Below, one piece after another: positions 36,690-51,429 of a stretch of DNA of 64,000 nt. The stretch covers positions 19,778,001 to 19,842,000 of the forward strand of contig OZ059899.1 in the NCBI GenBank assembly GCA_964057225.1, written 5' to 3'. The notes beneath the pieces are model-generated. The model searched no databases. It saw only the letters and a program-made list of their open reading frames with translations, and was not told the origin of the DNA. A program made the position numbers and the translations under genes. Each line of letters begins with the position of its first letter. Positions within the stretch are counted from its first letter, which is position 1. The stretch comes from Auanema rhodensis. Lineage: Eukaryota > Animalia > Nematoda.

Positions 36690-39600
36690 GTTTGAAAAAT
36701 GATGCATTAGTGTATGTTGAGTTTCCATGTACACTCAACATAGCTTCCAAAAACATTTTGACAAAAATTTTTCCGAAAAATTTCGAAAAAATTTCGCAAA
36801 AAGTAGATGTTTTTAGATTCCTTTTTTCAAGGCAAAGACGATGGACAATGTTATTCAACGAAAAAATTATTTCTGCAGGGTGAAAATCGTGGATATAAGT
36901 GTGAACTTATATCAGTTGATATCTCGGTGCATTTTTAAGCTAGCGCAAATCTGATAACACAGATCGACGCAGCTTGAAAATCCGCATCGAATGCACTATA
37001 CTACATTGAGAAACGCTTAATACAAAAATTAGTTATGATCGTTTGAAAAAAGATGCATTAGTGTATGTTGAGTTTCCATGTACACTCAACATTGCTTCCA
37101 AAAACATTTTGACAAAAATTTTTCCGAAAAATTTCAAAATAATTTCGCAAAAAGTAGATGTTTTTAGATTCCTTTTTTCACGGCAAAGACGATGGACAAA
37201 GTTATTCAACGAAAAAATTAATTCTGCAGGGTGAAAATCGAGGATATAAGTGTGAACTTATATCAGTTGATATCTTGGTGCATTTTTAAGCTAGCGCAAA
37301 TCTGATAACACAGATCGACGCAGCTTAAAAATCCGCATCGAATGCACTATACTACATTGAGAAACGCTTAATACAAAAATTAGTTATGATCGTTTGAAAA
37401 ATGATGCATTAGTGTATGTTGAGTTTCCATGTACACTCAACATAGCTTCCAAAAACATTTTGACAAAAATTTTTCCGAAAAATTTCGAAAAAATTTCGCA
37501 AAAAGTAGATGTTTTTAGATTCCTTTTTTCAAGGCAAAGACGATGGACAATGTTATTCAACGAAAAAATTATTTCTGCAGGGTGAAAATCGTGGATATAA
37601 GTGTGAACTTATATCAGTTGATATCTCGGTGCATTTTTAAGCTAGCACAAATCTGATAACACAGATCGACGCAGCTTGAAAATCCGCATCGAATGCACTA
37701 TACAACATTGAGAAACGCTTAATACAAAAATTAGTTATGATCGTTTGAAAAATGATGCATTAGTGTATGTTGAGTTTCCATGTACACTCAACATTGCTTC
37801 CAAAAACATTTTGACAAAAATTTTTCCAAAAAATTTCGAGAAAATTTCGCGAAAAGTAGATGTTTTTAGATTCCTTTTTCCAAGGCAAAGACGATGGACA
37901 ATGTTATTCAACGAAAAAATTATTTCTGCAGGGTGAAAATCGAGGATATAAGTGTGAACTTATATCAGTTGATATCTCGGTGCATTTTTAAGCTAGCGCA
38001 AATCTGATAACACAGATCGACGCAGCTTAAAAATCCGCATCGAATGCACTATACAACATTGAGAAACGCTTGATACAAAAATTAGTTATGATCGTTTGAA
38101 AAATGATGCATTAGTGTATGTTGAGTTTCCATGTACACTCAACATTGCTTCCAAAAACATTTTGACAAAAATTTTTCCGAAAAATTTCAAAATAATTTCG
38201 CAAAAAGTAGATGTTTTTAGATTCCTTTTTTCACGGCAAAGACGATGGACAAAGTTATTCAACGAAAAAATTAATTCTGCAGGGTGAAAATCGAGGATAT
38301 AAGTGTGAACTTATATCAGTTGATATCTCGGTGCATTTTTAAGCTAGCGCAAATCTGATAACACAGATCGACGCAGCTTAAAAATCCGCATCGAATGCAC
38401 TATACTACATTGAGAAACGCTTGATACAAAAATTAGTTATGATCGTTTGAAAAATGATGCATTAGTGTATGTTGAGTTTCCATGTACACTCAACATAGCT
38501 TCCAAAAACATTTTGACAAAAATTTTTCCGAAAAATTTCGAAAAAATTTCGCAAAAAGTAGATGTTTTTAGATTCCTTTTTTCAAGGCAAAGACGATGGA
38601 CAATGTTATTCAACGAAAAAATTATTTCTGCAGGGTGAAAATCGTGGATATAAGTGTGAACTTATATCAGTTGATATCTCGGTGCATTTTTAAGCTAGCG
38701 CAAATCTGATAACACAGATCGACGCAGCTTGAAAATCCGCATCGAATGCACTATACTACATTGAGAAACGCTTAATACAAAAATTAGTTATGATCGTTTG
38801 AAAAAAGATGCATTAGTGTATGTTGAGTTTCCATGTACACTCAACATTGCTTCCAAAAACATTTTGACAAAAATTTTTCCGAAAAATTTCAAAATAATTT
38901 CGCAAAAAGTAGATGTTTTTAGATTCCTTTTTTCACGGCAAAGACGATGGACAAAGTTATTCAACGAAAAAATTAATTCTGCAGGGTGAAAATCCAGGAT
39001 ATAAGTGTGAACTTATATCAGTTGATATCTTGGTGCATTTTTAAGCTAGCGCAAATCTGATAACACAGATCGACGCAGCTTAAAAATCCGCATCGAATGC
39101 ACTATACTACATTGAGAAACGCTTAATACAAAAATTAGTTATGATCGTTTGAAAAATGATGCATTAGTGTATGTTGAGTTTCCATGTACACTCAACATAG
39201 CTTCCAAAAACATTTTGACAAAAATTTTTCCGAAAAATTTCGAAAAAATTTCGCAAAAAGTAGATGTTTTTAGATTCCTTTTTTCAAGGCAAAGACGATG
39301 GACAATGTTATTCAACGAAAAAATTATTTCTGCAGGGTGAAAATCGTGGATATAAGTGTGAACTTATATCAGTTGATATCTCGGTGCATTTTTAAGCTAG
39401 CGCAAATCTGATAACACAGATCGACGCAGCTTGAAAATCCGCATCGAATGCACTATACAACATTGAGAAACGCTTGATACAAAAATTAGTTATGATCGTT
39501 TGAAAAATGATGCATTAGTGTATGTTGAGTTTCCATGTACACTCAACATTGCTTCCAAAAACATTTTGACAAAAATTTTTCCAAAAAATTTCGAAAAAAT

Positions 39601-39850
39601 TTCGCGAAAAGTAGATGTTTTTAGATTCCTTTTTCCAAGGCAAAGACGATGGACAATGTTATTCAACGAAAAAATTATTTCTGCAGGGTGAAAATCGAGG
39701 ATATAAGTGTGAACTTATATCAGTTGATATCTCGGTGCATTTTTAAGCTAGCGCAAATCTGATAACACAGATCGACGCAGCTTGAAAATCCGCATCGAAT
39801 GCACTATACTACATTGAGAAACGCTTAATACAAAAATTAGTTATGATTGT
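36690..39850. repeat. Imperfect 5-monomer (1755 bp) periodicity
   Basis: The series 36692/37043/37394/37745 recurs at 38447/38798/39149/39500. Confidence 0.75.
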
Positions 39851-42800
39851 TTGAAAAAAGATGCATTAGTGTATGTTGAGTTTCCATGTACACTCAACAT
39901 TGCTTCCAAAAACATTTTGACAAAAATTTTTCCGAAAAATTTCAAAATAATTTCGCGAAAAGTAGATGTTTTTAGATTCCTTTTTTCAAGGCAAAGACGA
40001 TGGACAATGTTATTCAACGAAAAAATTAATTCTCCAGGGTGAAAATCGAGGATATAAGTGTGAACTTATATCAGTTGATATCTCGGTGCATTTTTAAGCT
40101 AGCGCAAATCTGATAACACAGATCGACGCAGCTTAAAAATCCGCATCGAATGCACTATACTACATTGAGAAACGCTTAATACAAAAATTAGTTATGATCG
40201 TTTGAAAAAAGATGCATTAGTGTATGTTGAGTTTCCATGTACACTCAACATTGCTTCCAAAAACATTTTGACAAAAATTTTTCCGAAAAATTTCAAAATA
40301 ATTTCGCAAAAAGTAGATGTTTTTAGATTCCTTTTTTCACGGCAAAGACGATGGACAAAGTTATTCAACGAAAAAATTAATTCTGCAGGGTGAAAATCGA
40401 GGATATAAGTGTGAACTTATATCAGTTGATATCTCGGTGCATTTTTAAGCTAGCGCAAATCTGATAACACAGATCGACGCAGCTTAAAAATCCGCATCGA
40501 ATGCACTATACTACATTGAGAAACGCTTAATACAAAAATCAGTTATGATCGTTTGAAAAATGATGCATTAGTGTATGTTGAGTTTCCATGTACACTCAAC
40601 ATTGCTTCCAAAAACATTTTGACAAAAATTTTTCCGAAAAATTTCAAAATAATTTCGCAAAAAGTAGATGGTTTTAGATTCCTTCTTCCAAGGCAAAGAC
40701 GATGGACAATGTTATTCAACGAAAAAATTAATTCTGCAGGGTGAAAATCGAGGATATAAGTGTGAACTTATATCAGTTGATATCTCGGTGCATTTTTAAG
40801 CTAGCGCAAATCTGATAACACAGATCGACGCAGCTTAAAAATCCGCATCGAATGCACTATACCACATTGAGAAACGCTTAATACAAAAATTAGTTATGAT
40901 CGTTTGAAAAATGATGCATTAGTGTATGTTGAGTTTCCATGTACACTCAACATAGCTTCCAAAAACATTTTGACAAAAATTTTTCCGAAAAATTTCGAAA
41001 AAATTTCGCAAAAAGTAGATGTTTTTAGATTCCTTTTTTCAAGGCAAAGACGATGGACAATGTTATTCAACGAAAAAATTATTTCTGCAGGGTGAAAATC
41101 GTGGATATAAGTGTGAACTTATATCAGTTGATATCTCGGTGCATTTTTAAGCTAGCGCAAATCTGATAACACAGATCGACGCAGCTTGAAAATCCGCATC
41201 GAATGCACTATACTACATTGAGAAACGCTTAATACAAAAATTAGTTATGATCGTTTGAAAAAAGATGCATTAGTGTATGTTGAGTTTCCATGTACACTCA
41301 ACATTGCTTCCAAAAACATTTTGACAAAAATTTTTCCGAAAAATTTCGAAAAAATTTCGCAAAAAGTAGATGTTTTTAGATTCCTTTTTTCAAGGCAAAG
41401 ACGATGGACAATGTTATTCAACGAAAAAATTATTTCTGCAGGGTGAAAATCGTGGATATAAGTGTGAACTTATATCAGTTGATATCTCGGTGCATTTTTA
41501 AGCTAGCGCAAATCTGATAACACAGATCGACGCAGCTTAAAAATCCGCATCGAATGCACTATACTACATTGAGAAACGCTTAATACAAAAATTAGTTATG
41601 ATCGTTTGAAAAATGATGCATTAGTGTATGTTGAGTTTCCATGTACACTCAACATTGCTTCCAAAAACATTTTGACAAAAATTTTTCCGAAAAATTTCAA
41701 AATAATTTCGCAAAAAGTAGATGGTTTTAGATTCCTTCTTCCAAGGCAAAGACGATGGACAATGTTATTCAACGAAAAAATTAATTCTGCAGGGTGAAAA
41801 TCGAGGATATAAGTGTGAACTTATATCAGTTGATATCTCGGTGCATTTTTAAGCTAGCGCAAATCTGATAACACAGATCGACGCAGCTTAAAAATCCGCA
41901 TCGAATGCACTATACTACATTGAGAAACGCTTAATACAAAAATTAGTTATGATCGTTTGAAAAAAGATGCATTAGTGTATGTTGAGATTCCATGTACACT
42001 CAACATTGCTTCCAAAAACATTTTGACAAAAATTTTTCCGAAAAATTTCAAAATAATTTCGCAAAAAGTAGATGTTTTTAGATTCCTTTTTTCACGGCAA
42101 AGACGATGGACAAAGTTATTCAACGAAAAAATTAATTCTGCAGGGTGAAAATCGAGGATATAAGTGTGAACTTATATCAGTTGATATCTCGGTGCATTTT
42201 TAGCTAGCGCAAATCTGATAACACAGATCGACGCAGCTTAAAAATCCGCATCGAATGCACTATACTACATTGAGAAACGCTTAATACAAAAATTAGTTAT
42301 GATCGTTTGAAAAAAGATGCATTAGTGTATGTTGAGTTTCCATGTACACTCAACATTGCTTCCAAAAACATTTTGACAAAAATTTTTCCGAAAAATTTCG
42401 AAAAAATTTCGCAAAAAGTAGATGTTTTTAGATTCCTTTTTTCAAGGCAAAGACGATGGACAATGTTATTCAACGAAAAAATTATTTCTGCAGGGTGAAA
42501 ATCGTGGATATAAGTGTGAACTTATATCAGTTGATATCTCGGTGCATTTTTAAGCTAGCGCAAATCTAATAACACAGATCGACGCAGCTTGAAAATCCGC
42601 ATCGAATGCACTATACTACATTGAGAAACGCTTAATACAAAAATTAGTTATGATCGTTTGAAAAATGATGCATTAGTGTATGTTGAGTTTCCATGTACAC
42701 TCAACATAGCTTCCAAAAACATTTTGACAAAAATTTTTCCGAAAAATTTCGAAAAAATTTCGCAAAAAGTAGATGTTTTTAGATTCCTTTTTTCACGGCA

Positions 42801-45800
42801 AAGACGATGGACAAAGTTATTCAACGAAAAAATTAATTCTGCAGGGTGAAAATCGAGGATATAAGTGTGAACTTATATCAGTTGATATCTTGGTGCATTT
42901 TTAAGCTAGCGCAAATCTGATAACACAGATCGACGCAGCTTAAAAATCCGCATCGAATGCACTATACTACATTGAGAAACGCTTAATACAAAAATTAGTT
43001 ATGATCGTTTGAAAAATGATGCATTAGTGTATGTTGAGTTTCCATGTACACTCAACATAGCTTCCAAAAACATTTTGACAAAAATTTTTCCGAAAAATTT
43101 CGAAGAAATTTCGCAAAAAGTAGATGTTTTTAGATTCCTTTTTTCAAGGCAAAGACGATGGACAATGTTATTCAACGAAAAAATTATTTCTGCAGGGTGA
43201 AAATCGTGGATATAAGTGTGAACTTATATCAGTTGATATCTCGGTGCATTTTTAAGCTAGCACAAATCTGATAACACAGATCGACGCAGCTTGAAAATCC
43301 GCATCGAATGCACTATACAACATTGAGAAACGCTTAATACAAAAATTAGTTATGATCGTTTGAAAAATGATGCATTAGTGTATGTTGAGTTTCCATGTAC
43401 ACTCAACATAGCTTCCAAAAACATTTTGACAAAAATTTTTCCGAAAAATTTCGAAAAAATTTCGCAAAAAGTAGATGTTTTTAGATTCCTTTTTTCAAGG
43501 CAAAGACGATGGACAATGTTATTCAACGAAAAAATTATTTCTGCAGGGTGAAAATCGTGGAAATAAGTGTGAACTTATATCAGTTGATATCTCGGTGCAT
43601 TTTTAAGCTAGCACAAATCTGATAACACAGATCGACGCAGCTTGAAAATCCGCATCGAATGCACTATACAACATTGAGAAACGCTTAATACAAAAATTAG
43701 TTATGATCGTTTGAAAAATGATGCATTAGTGTATGTTGAGTTTCCATGTACACTCAACATTGCTTCCAAAAACATTTTGACAAAAATTTTTCCAAAACAT
43801 TTCGAGAAAATTTCGCGAAAAGTAGATGTTTTTAGATTCCTTTTTCCAAGGCAAAGACGATGGACAATGTTATTCAACGAAAAAATTATTTCTGCAGGGT
43901 GAAAATCGAGGATATAAGTGTGAACTTATATCAGTTGATATCTCGGTGCATTTTTAAGCTAGCGCAAATCTGATAACACAGATCGACGCAGCTTAAAAAT
44001 CCGCATCGAATGCACTATACAACATTGAGAAACGCTTGATACAAAAATTAGTTATGATCGTTTGAAAAATGATGCATTAGTGTATGTTGAGTTTCCATGT
44101 ACACTCAACATTGCTTCCAAAAACATTTTGACAAAAATTTTTCCGAAAAATTTCAAAATAATTTCGCAAAAAGTAGATGTTTTTAGATTCCTTTTTTCAC
44201 GGCAAAGACGATGGACAAAGTTATTCAACGAAAAAATTAATTCTGCAGGGTGAAAATCGAGGATATAAGTGTGAACTTATATCAGTTGATATCTCGGTGC
44301 ATTTTTAAGCTAGCGCAAATCTGATAACACAGATCGACGCAGCTTAAAAATCCGCATCGAATGCACTATACTACATTGAGAAACGCTTAATACAAAAATC
44401 AGTTATGATCGTTTGAAAAATGATGCATTAGTGTATGTTGAGTTTCCATGTACACTCAACATTGCTTCCAAAAACATTTTGACAAAAATTTTTCCGAAAA
44501 ATTTCAAAATAATTTCGCAAAAAGTAGATGTTTTTAGATTCCTTCTTTCAAGGCAAAGACGATGGACAATGTTATTCAACGAAAAAATTAATTCTGCAGG
44601 GTGAAAATCGAGGATATAAGTGTGAACTTATATCAGTTGATATCTCGGTGCATTTTTAAGCTAGCGCAAATCTGATAACACAGATCGACGCAGCTTAAAA
44701 ATCCGCATCGAATGCACTATACTACATTGAGAAACGCTTAATACAAAAATTAGTTATGATCGTTTGAAAAATGATGCATTAGTGTATGTTGAGTTTCCAT
44801 GTACACTCAACATTGCTTCCAAAAACATTTTGACAAAAATTTTTCCGAAAAATTTCAAAATAATTTCGCAAAAAGTAGATGGTTTTAGATTCCTTCTTCC
44901 AAGGCAAAGACGATGGACAATGTTATTCAACGAAAAAATTAATTCTGCAGGGTGAAAATCGAGGATATAAGTGTGAACTTATATCAGTTGATATCTCGGT
45001 GCATTTTTAAGCTAGCGCAAATCTGATAACACAGATCGACGCAGCTTAAAAATCCGCATCGAATGCACTATACTACATTGAGAAACGCTTAATACAAAAA
45101 TTAGTTATGATCGTTTGAAAAAAGATGCATTAGTGTATGTTGAGATTCCATGTACACTCAACATTGCTTCCAAAAACATTTTGACAAAAATTTTTCCGAA
45201 AAATTTCAAAATAATTTCGCAAAAAGTAGATGTTTTTAGATTCCTTTTTTCACGGCAAAGACGATGGACAAAGTTATTCAACGAAAAAATTAATTCTGCA
45301 GGGTGAAAATCGAGGATATAAGTGTGAACTTATATCAGTTGATATCTCGGTGCATTTTTAAGCTAGCGCAAATCTGATAACACAGATCGACGCAGCTTAA
45401 AAATCCGCATCGAATGCACTATACTACATTGAGAAACGCTTAATACAAAAATTAGTTATGATCGTTTGAAAAATGATGCATTAGTGTATGTTGAGTTTCC
45501 ATGTACACTCAACATAGCTTCCAAAAACATTTTGACAAAAATTTTTCCGAAAAATTTCGAAAAAATTTCGCAAAAAGTAGATGTTTTTAGATTCCTTTTT
45601 TCAAGGCAAAGACGATGGACAATGTTATTCAACGAAAAAATTATTTCTGCAGGGTGAAAATCGTGGATATAAGTGTGAACTTATATCAGTTGATATCTCG
45701 GTGCATTTTTAAGCTAGCGCAAATCTGATAACACAGATCGACGCAGCTTGAAAATCCGCATCGAATGCACTATACTACATTGAAAAACGCTTAATACAAA

Positions 45801-47049
45801 AATTAGTTATGATCGTTTGAAAAAAGATGCATTAGTGTATGTTGAGTTTCCATGTACACTCAACATTGCTTCCAAAAACATTTTGACAAAAATTTTTCCG
45901 AAAAATTTCGAAAAAATTTCGCAAAAAGTAGATGTTTTTAGATTCCTTTTTTCAAGGCAAAGACGATGGACAATGTTATTCAACGAAAAAATTATTTCTG
46001 CAGGGTGAAAATCGTGGATATAAGTGTGAACTTATATCAGTTGATATCTCGGTGCATTTTTAAGCTAGCGCAAATCTAATAACACAGATCGACGCAGCTT
46101 GAAAATCCGCATCGAATGCACTATACTACATTGAGAAACGCTTAATACAAAAATTAGTTATGATCGTTTGAAAAATGATGCATTAGTGTATGTTGAGTTT
46201 CCATGTACACTCAACATAGCTTCCAAAAACATTTTGACAAAAATTTTTCCGAAAAATTTCGAAAAAATTTCGCAAAAAGTAGATGTTTTTAGATTCCTTT
46301 TTTCAAGGCAAAGACGATGGACAATGTTATTCAACGAAAAAATTATTTCTGCAGGGTGAAAATCGTGGATATAAGTGTGAACTTATATCAGTTGATATCT
46401 CGGTGCATTTTTAAGCTAGCGCAAATCTGATAACACAGATCGACGCAGCTTGAAAATCCGCATCGAATGCACTATACTACATTGAGAAACGCTTAATACA
46501 AAAATTAGTTATGATCGTTTGAAAAAAGATGCATTAGTGTATGTTGAGTTTCCATGTACACTCAACATTGCTTCCAAAAACATTTTGACAAAAATTTTTC
46601 CGAAAAATTTCGAAAAAATTTCGCAAAAAGTAGATGTTTTTAGATTCCTTTTTTCAAGGCAAAGACGATGGACAATGTTATTCAACGAAAAAATTATTTC
46701 TGCAGGGTGAAAATCGTGGAAATAAGTGTGAACTTATATCAGTTGATATCTCGGTGCATTTTTAAGCTAGCACAAATCTGATAACACAGATCGACGCAGC
46801 TTGAAAATCCGCATCGAATGCACTATACAACATTGAGAAACGCTTAATACAAAAATTAGTTATGATCGTTTGAAAAATGATGCATTAGTGTATGTTGAGT
46901 TTCCATGTACACTCAACATTGCTTCCAAAAACATTTTGACAAAAATTTTTCCAAAACATTTCGAGAAAATTTCGCGAAAAGTAGATGTTTTTAGATTCCT
47001 TTTTCCAAGGCAAAGACGATGGACAAAGTTATTCAACGAAAAAATTAAT

Positions 47050-50000
47050 TCTGCAGGGTGAAAATCGAGGATATAAGTGTGAACTTATATCAGTTGATAT
47101 CTTGGTGCATTTTTAAGCTAGCGCAAATCTGATAACACAGATCGACGCAGCTTAAAAATCCGCATCGAATGCACTATACTACATTGAGAAACGCTTAATA
47201 CAAAAATTAGTTATGATCGTTTGAAAAATGATGCATTAGTGTATGTTGAGTTTCCATGTACACTCAACATAGCTTCCAAAAACATTTTGACAAAAATTTT
47301 TCCGAAAAATTTCGAAAAAATTTCGCAAAAAGTAGATGTTTTTAGATTCCTTTTTTCAAGGCAAAGACGATGGACAATGTTATTCAACGAAAAAATTATT
47401 TCTGCAGGGTGAAAATCGTGGATCTAAGTGTGAACTTATATCAGTTGATATCTCGGTGCATTTTTAAGCTAGCACAAATCTGATAACACAGATCGACGCA
47501 GCTTGAAAATCCGCATCGAATGCACTATACAACATTGAGAAACGCTTAATACAAAAATTAGTTATGATCGTTTGAAAAATGATGCATTAGTGTATGTTGA
47601 GTTTCCATGTACACTCAACATTGCTTCCAAAAACATTTTGACAAAAATTTTTCCAAAAAATTTCGAGAAAATTTCGCGAAAAGTAGATGTTTTTAGATTC
47701 CTTTTTCCAAGGCAAAGACGATGGACAGTGTTATTCAACGAAAAAATTATTTCTGCAGGGTGAAAATCGAGGATATAAGTGTGAACTTATATCAGTTGAT
47801 ATCTCGGTGCATTTTTAAGCTAGCGCAAATCTGATAACACAGATCGACGCAGCTTAAAAATCCGCATCGAATGCACTATACAACATTGAGAAACGCTTGA
47901 TACAAAAATTAGTTATGATCGTTTGAAAAATGATGCATTAGTGTATGTTGAGTTTCCATGTACACTCAACATTGCTTCCAAAAACATTTTGACAAAAATT
48001 TTTCCGAAAAATTTCAAAATAATTTCGCAAAAAGTAGATGTTTTTAGATTCCTTTTTTCACGGCAAAGACGATGGACAAAGTTATTCAACGAAAAAATTA
48101 ATTCTGCAGGGTGAAAATCGAGGATATAAGTGTGAACTTATATCAGTTGATATCTCGGTGCATTTTTAAGCTAGCGCAAATCTGATAACACAGATCGACG
48201 CAGCTTAAAAATCCGCATCGAATGCACTATACTACATTGAGAAACGCTTAATACAAAAATCAGTTATGATCGTTTGAAAAATGATGCATTAGTGTATGTT
48301 GAGTTTCCATGTACACTCAACATAGCTTCCAAAAACATTTTGACAAAAATTTTTCCGAAAAATTTCGAAAAAATTTCGCAAAAAGTAGATGTTTTTAGAT
48401 TCCTTTTTTCAAGGCAAAGACGATGGACAATGTTATTCAACGAAAAAATTATTTCTGCAGGGTGAAAATCGTGGATATAAGTGTGAACTTATATCAGTTG
48501 ATATCTCGGTGCATTTTTAAGCTAGCGCAAATCTGATAACACAGATCGACGCAGCTTGAAAATCCGCATCGAATGCACTATACTACATTGAGAAACGCTT
48601 AATACAAAAATTAGTTATGATCGTTTGAAAAAAGATGCATTAGTGTATGTTGAGTTTCCATGTACACTCAACATTGCTTCCAAAAACATTTTGACAAAAA
48701 TTTTTCCGAAAAATTTCAAAATAATTTCGCAAAAAGTAGATGTTTTTAGATTCCTTTTTTCACGGCAAAGACGATGGACAAAGTTATTCAACGAAAAAAT
48801 TAATTCTGCAGGGTGAAAATCGAGGATATAAGTGTGAACTTATATCAGTTGATATCTTGGTGCATTTTTAAGCTAGCGCAAATCTGATAACACAGATCGA
48901 CGCAGCTTGAAAATCCGCATCGAATGCACTATACTACATTGAGAAACGCTTAATACAAAAATTAGTTATGATCGTTTGAAAAATGATGCATTAGTGTATG
49001 TTGAGTTTCCATGTACACTCAACATAGCTTCCAAAAACATTTTGACAAAAATTTTTCCGAAAAATTTCGAAAAAATTTCGCAAAAAGTAGATGTTTTTAG
49101 ATTCCTTTTTTCAAGGCAAAGACGATGGACAATGTTATTCAACGAAAAAATTATTTCTGCAGGGTGAAAATCGTGGATATAAGTGTGAACTTATATCAGT
49201 TGATATCTCGGTGCATTTTTAAGCTAGCACAAATCTGATAACACAGATCGACGCAGCTTGAAAATCCGCATCGAATGCACTATACAACATTGAGAAACGC
49301 TTAATACAAAAATTAGTTATGATCGTTTGAAAAATGATGCATTAGTGTATGTTGAGTTTCCATGTACACTCAACATTGCTTCCAAAAACATTTTGACAAA
49401 AATTTTTCCAAAAAATTTCGAGAAAATTTCGCGAAAAGTAGATGTTTTTAGATTCCTTTTTCCAAGGCAAAGACGATGGACAGTGTTATTCAACGAAAAA
49501 ATTATTTCTGCAGGGTGAAAATCGAGGATATAAGTGTGAACTTATATCAGTTGATATCTCGGTGCATTTTTAAGCTAGCGCAAATCTGATAACACAGATC
49601 GACGCAGCTTAAAAATCCGCATCGAATGCACTATACAACATTGAGAAACGCTTGATACAAAAATTAGTTATGATCGTTTGAAAAATGATGCATTAGTGTA
49701 TGTTGAGTTTCCATGTACACTCAACATTGCTTCCAAAAACATTTTGACAAAAATTTTTCCGAAAAATTTCAAAATAATTTCGCAAAAAGTAGATGTTTTT
49801 AGATTCCTTTTTTCACGGCAAAGACGATGGACAAAGTTATTCAACGAAAAAATTAATTCTGCAGGGTGAAAATCGAGGATATAAGTGTGAACTTATATCA
49901 GTTGATATCTCGGTGCATTTTTAAGCTAGCGCAAATCTGATAACACAGATCGACGCAGCTTAAAAATCCGCATCGAATCCACTATACTACATTGAGAAAC

Positions 50001-50720
50001 GCTTAATACAAAAATCAGTTATGATCGTTTGAAAAATGATGCATTAGTGTATGTTGAGTTTCCATGTACACTCAACATAGCTTCCAAAAACATTTTGACA
50101 AAAATTTTTCCGAAAAATTTCGAAAAAATTTCGCAAAAAGTAGATGTTTTTAGATTCCTTTTTTCAAGGCAAAGACGATGGACAATGTTATTCAACGAAA
50201 AAATTATTTCTGCAGGGTGAAAATCGTGGATATAAGTGTGAACTTATATCAGTTGATATCTCGGTGCATTTTTAAGCTAGCGCAAATCTGATAACACAGA
50301 TCGACGCAGCTTGAAAATCCGCATCGAATGCACTATACTACATTGAGAAACGCTTAATACAAAAATTAGTTATGATCGTTTGAAAAAAGATGCATTAGTG
50401 TATGTTGAGTTTCCATGTACACTCAACATTGCTTCCAAAAACATTTTGACAAAAATTTTTCCGAAAAATTTCAAAATAATTTCGCAAAAAGTAGATGTTT
50501 TTAGATTCCTTTTTTCACGGCAAAGACGATGGACAAAGTTATTCAACGAAAAAATTAATTCTGCAGGGTGAAAATCGAGGATATAAGTGTGAACTTATAT
50601 CAGTTGATATCTTGGTGCATTTTTAAGCTAGCGCAAATCTGATAACACAGATCGACGCAGCTTAAAAATCCGCATCGAATGCACTATACTACATTGAGAA
50701 ACGCTTAATACAAAAATTAG
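47050..50720. repeat. 5-monomer (1755 bp) tandem duplication, 2 copies
   Basis: The GGACAGTG variant occurs only in the monomers at 47572 and 49327, and the flanking monomers match. Confidence 0.88.
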
Positions 50721-51429
50721 TTATGATCGTTTGAAAAATGATGCATTAGTGTATGTTGAGTTTCCATGTACACTCAACATTGCTTCCAAAAACATTTTGA
50801 CAAAAATTTTTCCAAAAAATTTCGAAAAAATTTCGCGAAAAGTAGATGTTTTTAGATTCCTTTTTCCAAGGCAAAGACGATGGACAATGTTATTCAACGA
50901 AAAAATTATTTCTGCAGGGTGAAAATCGAGGATATAAGTGTGAACTTATATCAGTTGATATCTCGGTGCATTTTTAAGCTAGCGCAAATCTGATAACACA
51001 GATCGACGCAGCTTGAAAATCCGCATCGAATGCACTATACTACATTGAGAAACGCTTAATACAAAAATTAGTTATGATCGTTTGAAAAAAGATGCATTAG
51101 TGTATGTTGAGTTTCCATGTACACTCAACATTGCTTCCAAAAACATTTTGACAAAAATTTTTCCGAAAAATTTCAAAATAATTTCGCAAAAAGTAGATGT
51201 TTTTAGATTCCTTTTTTCACGGCAAAGACGATGGACAAAGTTATTCAACGAAAAAATTAATTCTGCAGGGTGAAAATCGAGGATATAAGTGTGAACTTAT
51301 ATCAGTTGATATCTTGGTGCATTTTTAAGCTAGCGCAAATCTGATAACACAGATCGACGCAGCTTAAAAATCCGCATCGAATGCACTATACTACATTGAG
51401 AAACGCTTAATACAAAAATTAGTTATGAT

